Positions 25,701 through 37,700 of a stretch of DNA of 64,000 nucleotides are shown here, piece after piece (positions within the stretch are counted from its first letter, which is position 1; each line of letters starts with the position of its first letter). Below the pieces are notes generated by a model, which did no database searches, had not been told where the DNA came from, and saw only the letters and a program-made list of their open reading frames with translations. The DNA is taken from NCBI RefSeq assembly GCF_037042905.1, contig NC_087250.1:9612001-9676000 (forward strand). Direction: 5' to 3'. The translations under genes and the position numbers were made by a program. Origin of the DNA: Lytechinus pictus. Taxonomy: Eukaryota.

Positions 25701-28700
25701 GGACATTGGATTAAAGTATGTTTGATCCAATACATGTAGTGTGTTGCTATTAATCATCATTAAAGTGAAAGGGATAACAGTTCCATTGACAAGATCTGTA
25801 TTTTGTATGCATGCCCTATCAATGCATCTGTAAATATATTGCCTTCAAAGTTTATCATACCAAATAATTTGAACAAGGGATGATTGTATTGAAACATGCG
25901 ATGACCTTTGCCTAACTGTATACCGATTGTAAAGTTTCAGCCTGGATAAGCTTAAATCTTTTAATTTATCATTGAATTGTGACAATGGAGGCAAGAGATG
26001 GTATGTACAGTGGCTTATGGATGCTGTGCTTTTAGTGCTTTTGTTCAATGTCCAGTGTCTGTGGAATAATGATTTAAACAACAGATGTATATATTTTGTT
26101 TTGTTTTATATCCTAACCTTAAGACTTAATTTACCGGGCTATAGGCTGTATGAAGATATTTTGTGGGGGCATCTCTAGATTATGCCTGATAATTGTAAAA
26201 GCACGCTGAATATCAACATATGTGTTGCCAGTGACAGATTGATGAATGTTTAGATGGGATGAATGGATGCATGCATAGGTTGATGGATGAATTTATGGAT
26301 GAATGGATGAATAATAATAATAATACCAACATGCTTATATAGCACATATCACTGCCAAATGCGTCCCTATGCGCGCTTAATTGTATATTATTACCCTGGC
26401 TTTAGTCCCGCAGCCTTTTGCAGCACGGTGGCATTTCAAGGAATAAATTCCTGCCAGGTACCCATTTACCTCAACTGGGTCGGGTGCAAAATTAAATTTC
26501 TTGCCGGAGGAAATTACGCCATGGCTGGGATTCGAACCCACGACCCTCTGTTTCAAAGTCCGGAGACTAATCCACTGGGCCACAACGCTCCACACGAATG
26601 AATGAATGAATGATTCTCTGTTGTTTTTCCTTCATTTCACTTCCAGGCTCCAGACATCGCCAGATCCCTACAGAAGGCGGTCGATTACCATACATCAGGC
26701 AAGAAGAAGAAACAACACAGGTAGGCATTCTATAAACCAAAACAGGGCCCCATCTTACGAAGACTTACGATTGATCCGATCAATCGCAACTATGGAAAGC
26801 CAGCAAAGTCAACATATGAAATGCATGTTGGTTAAAAAAAAATTATAGATATGAATGAATATCCATAATGTCATTGATATCTTGACAATTTTGTGTGATT
26901 TCCTTTGTTTACAAAGGACATTTTTCAAATTTCCTGTAGAAAAAATTATGACACTAATGGATTTCCATAGAGTTACGATTGATGGGATCAATCGTAACTC
27001 TTTGTAAGACGGGGCCCTGTATACCATAACACAAAGGTTAGCAATTAATCGTGCACTTGATTTTCACGATTGATCGTACATTGTAGTCAATGGAATCGAT
27101 CGTAGAAAAATGTTCTTCGATCATTGCTAAGTTTTGTGTTACGTGCTCCTGGTGGGTATATTCATGAAGCTGTTTGTAAAGTTACGCACGACTGGAACAA
27201 AACTCAATTACATAGGGATATCACATTGCACACGAAAGGATCACCAGTCGTGCGTAAAGTCAATTGTATCTTACAAACAGCTTTATGAAACAAAACACCC
27301 ACCTGGGGGTGTTGCACAAAGATTTAAGTTTGACTTTTTTAATAGAGTCAATAAAATTTTGTGTTGAATATCTTGTACGCTTTGGCATTTAAGTGCAGCT
27401 CTAAGTCATACTTAAATCTTTGTGAAACACCCTACCCCCCCCCACTCCCACCCCACTGGCGTATGTGTAACATCACCCAAATAAGCCAGTTCGTAGTTCC
27501 ACCCTGCGCATGATCAGAAGATTATGCGCATGATCAGAGGAAGGTACTAAAGTTACACAGTGGTTTGAAATTTAATGAGATAAGCACCAACTTTGATGTC
27601 CCGATTATTCATTCTTTTGAATTGTGTTTTTCATTTACATCCACAAAAAACAAAGTGTCCACGAACGACTGGCATTTCACAGTTTGACAAGTATATTGTA
27701 TAACATTCTATTATATGCATTCAAAGTAGGAATGCAACAAATACCTTCATAAAGTGTTCATTGGTGTACTATTCTAGTCACCTGGTCTATTCAATTTCTT
27801 CATCCTGCTATGTAAGGCATGCTTATGTAATATCTTGCTTTGAAATCTGCCTATCATAATGAAGGAAATGAAAGGTCATTTGACCAAAATTGTCCATGAA
27901 GTAACTACGAACTGGTCTATTGCAGGCTTGAAGCCGGCTCAAAAGCCGACGGAGCCGGGTTCATGGGCATCTCGGGCCTAAGCAACACTTTGTAATGAAA
28001 CCATTACCTGGGGTCTATTTCACAGACCTCAGTGTGACTTAGGGGGAGTTGCAAGAAATTTGCGATCAATTGCAAATATTCTGTTGCAATTTTACCATTG
28101 ATGGATCAATTTCAACTATAGCAAATTAGATTATTCTGCTTGTTTGAGGAGCAGATTAGCAATTATTCACCAATTTACAATTAACTACAAGACATATGCT
28201 TGATTTAGGAACCAAAAATAGACTTGCAATTGATCGCAAGTTTCTTGCAACGCCCTTATAAATTGGTGATTATTTGCTAATCTGCTCCTTAAAACAAGCA
28301 GAATAATCTAATTTGCTATAGTTAAAATTGATCCATCAATGGTAAAATTGCAACAGAATATTTGAATTTGATTGCAAATATTTTCTTACAACACCTTCTT
28401 AGAGTCATGGTTCAACTCCAACACATTCATATTATTTGATGCGTAATCTGATGGATGGATATGCAGAAGTGCGTGTACCGTGCACGCTATCTGACCAATG
28501 TAGTGAGGCGTTAAGTTTTCGGTGCAATTGGGAATTTAAGAGCGACTCCAAGTCCCACTTACATGTAAATTTTGTGAAACCCCCTAGAGTAGACAACATG
28601 TTTTTCTCATGAACCGGCAACAGAAAATTTGTGGAGGTCAAGAATATATTGTGTGGATGCATCAAAGAAGTTATTTTACTCTTAAAAGGTATTTCGTATA

Positions 28701-31700
28701 TTTACCGAAAAAAATGTTTTTAAAATTCATTTAATTTATTTTATTCAAAAGGGTTTATTAAAAAACAAGGGTATATATCTAGCGGCTGAAAAGCCGAATT
28801 GCATAACCCTTCACAAAAATTTACATGAAAATACATTCAGCATCAAGTCAATAAGCTCAATTTACACGGATTCTGCATCATGAGAAATGGCAAAACACAT
28901 AGAAATGTTGTTAATCACGTTGGGGATGCATGTATTAAATTATGACACGCATTCCCATCATGATATTTGAAAATACATGCGGCCAAACGATATCACAAAG
29001 TCAAACCAGTGATATATAATTTTGTTCTTTTTCAGGACATGTTATTCAATTTCTTAGATAAAAAGGGTGTAGACATGACCCACACAATGTCTATTCAACC
29101 TTCCTTCACAAATCTTACACGAACATATATACAAGCAAATAGACGGATATGAATCATGAAGGATCGACGGTATTAGGCGTCTCTTTTTTCATGTCACGTA
29201 GAGCTCATATCAAAACATGGACATGAATGTTTACTTTGTTTAGATGCTGATTGGTATCGAGGGATCTTTCATGGAACTGAAAATCAATTTTAGTTCCCCA
29301 AACCCAGAGCTGCCAGCTAATACTGATTATTAGTACTGAAAAATTAGAAGATTCAGTTTAGGTGTAGTCCTACGGTATTTCTTTGAAAATATTGAGTTCT
29401 TTACCAAAATACTGTTTTTTTTTAAAAGTTTTTAAAATGCTGACATGTTCTTGTTCAGGTTTTCTAAAGATTCAGTTTAGGTGTAGTCCTACGGTATTTC
29501 TTTGAAAATATTGAGTTCTTCACCAAAATACTGATTTTTTTTTCTTCAGTTTTTAAAATACTGAAATGTTCTTGTTCAGGTTGGCAGCTATGTTTACAAG
29601 CAATCCATAAAATGTTTAAATTGGCAATCTTTATCGCAACGTTCATGCAATTTGATTGATTTTTTCTGAACAATTAAAAATAGGGTTTGATGAATCATTC
29701 TACAGGTTGTTCATCAATCTCAAAGTTGATGTTTTAGCTCTATAAAACACCCTCTCTGTATTTTGATTTATTTTAAGAATTATCAGCTTCTCCTGTTTTC
29801 AAACCATTTGGACAATGTGTCTTTTGAAACTGTTACATTTCATAAGCCTATACATTTAGCTTTTGAAATTGGCAACAACAAGATATTTGTCATTGATTTG
29901 TATTCTTTAATACCAACCATTTGATTTGCGCATGGCATTCTCTAAAATATCAGGAATTTTTCATCCTTTGTGTTTTAAGACCAATCCGAAATCCATTCTT
30001 GTTTGTAAATGGGTATTCTTTGTGCATGTTCTGTAACAACACCATTGATCATGATTTTCCTTTAGCTTCAGATAAAACACTGCATTGCTATAATATTATT
30101 AATAGGATGCAGTTTCTCACATCTTGTTCCAAACTTTAGAGGTCATAGAATTTGCATGATTATTTAATCTTGTGATTAGTACCAGCAATTTACAGAGAGT
30201 AAATAACACTGTTTGGCTTGTCTCTCAACCTTTTCTTTTTTCCCCTTTGATCATCCCTCTTTGTCAATACCATACTTCCATGTCGGTTGTTGGAGGTAGA
30301 GAACCGAATGCAGTGTTGAAATAATGCCTTGTTTACTTTTAGTCGAACTTTGATGCCACTTATTGTTAATATATGAGTGCCGTGGATCATTTATGATTTA
30401 AAATTTGCTGAAAGGAATGTCACTCCATTCTACGCAAGTTTGTAAATATATATAGCTCTTCACATCCCCCTTCCCCCCCCCCCCCCCGATTCTGAGTTTT
30501 GAACTTTCTACAAATGATATTTCATTCTGTTTCATGTTATTACGCTTTTATCAGTTCTGGTTCATATCCTTTGAAAAGTGTAGGTCACTATATTCCAGTT
30601 TGTTCAATATATATGATTATGAATGTGTATATTAAACATGTTCCTTATTTAGTAGTTCTTTATTGTGTGGATGATTGTGTTTCAATTAATGTATTTTGTA
30701 CTAGTAAGTTTACAATAAATGTATACAAGTTAGTTGGCCAAGATTTCCCCCACAACAACAAAAATAATAAGAAAAAAAAATATAATGAATGAAAGAATTG
30801 ATAAATAAACAAGCAAATAAACGAATGAATTAAATAGATTAAATAATTACTAAATACATACATGATTGAATAAGTAAATAAATGAATAAATAAATGAATA
30901 TAAATATAAAGGTCAATAAACAAATTACTAAAACACATGAAAAATTCTTGAATAAATAAGTAAAGAAAATAGAAGAAGCCCTGAAAGAGGAAGTTCTAAG
31001 CAGAAGAAATATTTTCTTTGTGTTTGTGTGGTGAAGAAATTGTCATGTACAATATGAAATATGAAGAAGTCTTATCACCATCTCAAATTTGTCATAATGT
31101 CTATTCCCAGATTATATATCAGCAACCACATAAAAAGACCAAGAGAAAGAGAGAGGGGGGGGATGGGGAATCCGGAAAAGGAGGGGGCTGGGGAAATGGA
31201 TGGAGGTAATGGAGAGAGGAACAGAGAGATTGAGGTATCTCAAAGGACAGAGACAGGCAGATAGGAAGAAAGAGAACAATAAAAGCTGCCTCCTAACTTC
31301 AGTGGGTGTTACCCATGGCAACAGTAATAACAATTCCAATGCCAAGGAGATCCTCATCTCCTCCATGTTTTCAATGTATTTCTTTGACCTTTGACCTTGG
31401 CAGGGTCACCGGGGAGCAAATGTACAGTCTAAACTTGAACTTCCCTGCTGAAAGTCTGTTGTGATGGTAGACTTGCCATTCAGACACCTTGCCAATTTGT
31501 ATTGTACTTGCAAAGTGGAACCAAGCTAGCATTTACGCATAGGGCCCCCTAATTTGCTTTTATCTAAAATACAACATTTTGATGAAGCAGGGAGGAACTT
31601 ACTGATAAACCTCTCTGGGGTTTTGATTTGTGGGGGGGGGGGGGCTTGGGTATTTACTATTACAAGAAGTTTTGTTTTCAAACTTAAAAATTTCCTGGCG

Positions 31701-34700
31701 TTTTGTAATCTGAGTAGAATGTCAACCTCAAATCAAACCAGGTATGTTATGTGTGGGTATCTTACAATTAGCCATACACAATAATGTATGCAATCAATCA
31801 TAGAAATCAGCCCCATAAGCAATGGCAAAGCTTTACGGTAAGGCAGAACCCCCCCCCCACCAAAAAAAAATGAAAATAAAAAAATCATGAGCAAAAACAG
31901 GTATTTTCTGTATGGTTATTTTTCTATTTATCATGCACAATAATCAGTGCAGTCAATCATAGAAGTCGGCACATGATCAATTTCTAGACTTTACGTTATA
32001 AAGCCCTGAAAACACTTTGTGTTTGTGAAAAAGACTGTTCTTGAACTTGAAGACTACCCTCCTGTCGATAGCTAATAAAACTGCTGTGACCAAGGAATTC
32101 AGCTACACCCACAAAAATGATCCCAATACATACCCTTCATATCATACCACCCTTAATGCAATCTGGTATGTTCTCGGGATTGGTGACGCAGATAACTTTC
32201 GCTCTTCGCTTATATTTTGAAGATATTTAGAATGGATTATGCACAAATAGTGGCTTATTTTGCCGAAATGTACCGGTAAGAGTTCCTTCGTGGATGTACA
32301 TGTACAGTAGTTTGTGGTTTTGATTGAAATAGATTTCAATAAAATGTGATCTGGTATTGAAGTGAGTTTTTAGTGCGTTTTCAGGCTCATTTTGATATTT
32401 GATGGGGGGCTGCGAAACAAAAGTTTTTTGCGATTGATCGCAACTTTTCAGCGAAAGACTTGCAACTCATAGACCTTAAACAATAGTGGTTGTTTGCTTT
32501 AATACAAACATTCATGGAATATGCCAGAGGGGCAAATAAGTTGTGTATAACTTTATGCCTACTTCCAAGTTTAATTATAAGGTAAATGCTCTCTTAGCAA
32601 TCAGGTAAAAATAATTACCATTTTCCATTTACCATTATAATGATTATAATAATATTCCATTTTTACTAAAATATACTAATGTATTCCATTTTTACTAACA
32701 TATACTAATGTATACATGTATGCATCACAGTGACATCTCCAAGCCTTTTACATATATCTTTGTACATGTACCTCGATCATCAGATCCTTGCCTGCATACT
32801 TTGTTTGCACTTTCTCCACTCCCTGGGGAGCATTCAAACAAGGGTTTCCAAACTGAATTGCCGGATATATACTACATAAATCATCATTCTGTTGCCGATA
32901 TAGCCAGCCATTGATTGGTTGGAAGCTTTTAATTAGTAGCAAAGTTCTTTCAGTGCCTCTGTTTTGTTCCAAATTTTGACTCAAAATAAATTCTGACATA
33001 TAGATCTCTTTTTACCTCACATGCTGTTACACTTTTAGATCTGTAGAATGGTATCAAAATTGGGGAGGGGGGGGGGGACTTTGTTAATTCTTCTCTTAAT
33101 CTCGACTGGACATGTACATACTAGACATCACGCTAGTCGATAGAAAGGTATCCATAAGGGGGTGGGCATGTACTTTGTACATGTATATTGTAGCGTGAAA
33201 ATTTACCGCATTTAGAGGGGGGCATGTACTGTGTAAATTGTAATGTGAAAATCTACCGCATTTACACATTTTCACAAGAATTGTTTCAATATGGGGGTGG
33301 GTGTACTTTTCGAATTCTACTCTAAATCTTGACTACATGTACATGTACATAGATTGCACTAATAGATAAAACGGTATCAACAAAGGGATGGGGATGTACT
33401 TTGTATATATTGTATATCTACTGATTTTACACACATTCGATAGCATGATCTCGATGTGGCAGGGATTGTCAACAGATGTACTGTACTTAAATCCTACTCT
33501 AAATCTCAACAACTCCTACTTTCCAATAGAATGGTATCGATATGGGCACTAACACAGGACGAAGAACCAAACAAATAACCACATTGTGCCGGTTAGAAAG
33601 ACAGAAATTTAAAGTAGAAAGTAAATTATTTATTTAGCCTTGTTATGTAATGCTGAAGTGGTTTGAATACAAGATGGAACCTAGATGTGCTTCAAAGAGG
33701 CCTAATTTTCCTAAAACTGTTTATTTACTGTATTATTTTTGGCCTGTAATACATGTACATGTACAAAGCATGGCAAACTACCAATCGCTATGCTTCGTTA
33801 CAGGGCCCGTAATGCTTTATTTGATCAGATTTTTTTCCTTCTCACTGGCAGCATTTGTATTTTTTTATTTTTTTTTTAATACATGTACAGTAGCTATATT
33901 TCCTTTTTTTCAAATATACTTTAAAACTTTGCCTATAAAGTTGAATAGTTTACAGAAGTCTCATCAACTTTGGAGTAAATGGACCTGGTGGGTGTTTCAT
34001 AAAGCTGTTCGTAATTTAAGAGCGACTTTAAGAATGACTGGTGATCCTTTCTTGTGGTAAATGGTAGATTCATTGGCGATGGTTCAGCGCATAAGAAAGG
34101 ATCGCCAGTCGTTCTTAAAGTCGCTCTTAACTTACGAACCGCTTTATGAAAATATGTTCATTTACAACAACAACTGATTCAATCAATTCACCAATCGAAT
34201 CCTAGTGCCAATATCAAACAATAATGAAATAAAATCATGAATATTTTTTTAACATCATGGTTACCCTTTTCTTTTTTCTGGCAGGGAAAGGGGGGGGGGG
34301 AGGGAGTAGAAATGTGTTTTGGGCATTAAATGTGTGTATGATAATATGATACCAAGTATCAAAAGCGCAGTTGAGTATATGCACAAAGTAACTGCACTAT
34401 AAAGTTGAAATGGACATCTTATTATTATTATTATTATTATTATTATGAACTTTGTACCCATTGAAAGGAGTATCGGTACTGCACCTGGTTTTATTATTCA
34501 CATGTTTTATTCATGTGTTCCAGAGTGTACCTGTCCTTTTGTTAAGGTAAATGTTAAAAATAACCAGATAAAGGGAATTAGTTGGATATCTGAGTAAACA
34601 TGTGCATTAAAAGAGGAAATGGAATGTCATTTTATCAACAGAGCTTGTCAACGGTAACAATAGAATTCTACATTTTCATAGAATAGAAAAATAAATTGTG

Positions 34701-37700
34701 TAGCATATCACTTGGAAATGAGCAATTTGACAAGACTAGGTGTGCATTTACTTACAAAAACTTTATTTTGTCATGTTGTTTATGGGTATGTTTCACTTTT
34801 GAAGTCCCATCAGGGTTTATTAAATCTTTAATTTTATGACATTTTGCTGATATTTTTTGTTTTAATTTTGATTACAAATTTACTGTAGTATGAGTGTATG
34901 GAATAAGAAATTGGTGCATATTAGGCGGGCGCGTCATGGTCTAGTGGTTCTGACTCGCCTTTCAAACAGGGTCGTGCGTTTGAATCCTAACCATGGCGTG
35001 TTTTCCTTCAGCAAGAAATTTATCTGCACTGTGTTGCACTCGACCCAGGTGAGGTGAATGGGTACCCGGCAGGAATAATTCCTTGCATGCACGTAAGGAA
35101 ATTTCATTTATTATAGGCATATCATCTGTACATGATGTATAAAGACCTTGTAGATATCATATACAAGTAAACCTTAAATACAGATATTATTATTACACTC
35201 AAGTGGGTCTACATTGCAAGACTACAAGTGCTCTGAATGTTGCATTGTGGGTTTAGAACCTGGCCAGATTTTGAGCAGTTGAGGGTTTGTGATACAGCTG
35301 CACAAGGCTGATGGGCGGTATCTCCTTTAAAAAGGCAAACCACACACATTAAATGATGCCCCCTATCTCTTGTGTAATCAATTCCACCCAGGTCGGAACA
35401 CTATGGCATGGTACCCGGAGGACCGTCCCAACCACAGATGCAGTCACAGGCCCAGGTCCATGGGGACGACAGACGGATGGCCTACGACGCCGACAACATG
35501 TTCATCCCGCCCCCTCCCGATGAACCTGCCCCGCCCCCACCCATCGATGTCCCTGGGAACGTCAAGAACAAGGTGGCAGCCTTCGCTGCTGCAGCTGCTG
35601 CTGCACAAGGTACATGTAGGAAGAATGGTTAACATCAATGTGACCATTCACCCCCAAACCAACAATAAGTCGCCAGCAAAGGTTCTCTGTAAATAGCTAA
35701 AATTATAGTAATTGGTGTTCAAAAAGCATAATTTTGTAGATTAGCCTATCTAATGGCGCTGTCGCATTTCCCATACGACGGCCGTAGGGTGAGTTGAAAA
35801 CATCCATTTTAACATTTTTTTGTACCAGCTACATGTAGGTGCTTTGAATAAAAATGTAAACAAAAAAACTGCTGTTTCTGACTTGCCGTACGTCTGCCGT
35901 AGGGGAAAGGTGACTGCAGCATTAATGGAAAATTTTTCTTCTTCATACTGTCAAAATTTCAAGTTTTCGAATTGAATCGGAAGCAACAAACACGAGTTTC
36001 TTTGACACAGTCATGTTTTTGTGGAAGTTTCAGAGAGATTGCACAGCGTGCTGATCTCATGCTGAAGTGAGCCCCAGAATTCAAATAGCTTTCTCACTTT
36101 TCCCAAGTTCTCAATTGAAATCAATCATGTATTTGTGGGGGTTATTTTTAAATAAATTTTGACATTTTGTATTTAATTTGAAGCTTAGGATATGCTTCTT
36201 TTTAACTTAAAACAAAATCTCAAAATTAATTATGGGAACTCTATAGTTGGTGTGGGCTGATGGGACTGGTCAAATACATGTATTGTCTTTTTCCTTTGCT
36301 GTGTGTTGATTCCTTCAATGAATAGCTGAGAAACTAGCACATTCCCCCTCTTCACTGCCTCCATTATTTCTCTTTCTACATGTAGCTCCCCCATTTCTGC
36401 CTATTCCTCTATCTCTCTCCTTCCCTCTCTCGTTCTAAATGGTTGTGTTCATCTGTAACTCACCCCTCCCAACCCGGGGGGGGGGGGGGTTTCCAAAAGA
36501 AACCCGGATGAGTAGACTTCAATGATGTAGGACAGAATATTGAGTGTGTTTTTGTCCGCGATTGTTGTAATTTTCAGGTTATCTTGATCATAGAGTATCA
36601 CGAACTAGAATTTGTAAGTATTTTTTGCGTGAAATGGGCAAACACGTATGGGGTAGCTGTCAGGAAAATTAACCAATATATTATAGATGTTTACAAGTTA
36701 CCAAACACTTTGCTCTATGTGAAAAAAAACTATGAGGCAATATGGTTCATGAAATTGAATGAGGCGGTTAAAGAAACACCATGAAACATCCAGCCGTTCA
36801 TTCTATTATTCTGCACTCTTAACTGAAGGATGTATCTCCCCTGCACATGCACATAAAGTCGTCTTGAATAGTGGCTCTTTTACATGTAATTTGATTTCTG
36901 TTTTAAGCTAACCTTAATCTTCTTATTTTTGTTATTATTTTCACTGTTGTTGTTCATCTTATTTTTGTTTAACGCTACTTTTCACAATGGATGTTATGTC
37001 ATCGAGGGTGTTTCGACCTGTATTAATAGTGAAGACTGTTATCATATAAAGTTTTTGTAACCTTGTGTGTAAATGGCATTGATCTGTGACTATCTGATAT
37101 TAGGTTTGTCATCAAGGTTGTTCCAGTTTCTAACAAAGTGATTATGTCTGTAGTTAATCATTTATCCATGTGAATTTCCTTTCTTAATTACATGTACATG
37201 TAATGTAAATTATATTTGGATATTAGGTATCACATTATTTGTATTCACATTAAAATATATTGATTTTATAATGGTTTGTTATCAGAGATGTTCCAGTTAT
37301 GTCATCCATTATCATTCAGTCTTGTGGAAGTTTGCATTTCAACCAAAGAAAAGGGAGAGATGATTTCAGTTGGTATTTGATATTGTTTATTTTGCTTGTT
37401 GATCGAAACCTCTTGATCCGATATGGTTTCCTGGTAGAAAATACATCCAATGAGAATACTATCCCACTGATAGAAAAAAAAGACTGGTATCATTTATTCA
37501 TATGTGTTTTGTTTCTACCTTGCATTACTTTCAATGATAATTATATCAAATGTACATGTATATGTCTAATGAAAAAATTAAAAGACTAGAACAATATGTT
37601 CACGTAAATTCTGTTTTCACCTTCCATTAAAGTGAATGGGAATGGTATCTCACCTAGTGGTGTCCAGTCTGGAAGAAATAGGCAGACTGGTATCATTCAT

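Noticed and set aside
26500..26592. tRNA-like sequences here and at about 22700, 34927, 40430 and 41256
   Set aside because: They are SINE heads followed by core and tail, with no complete cloverleaf.
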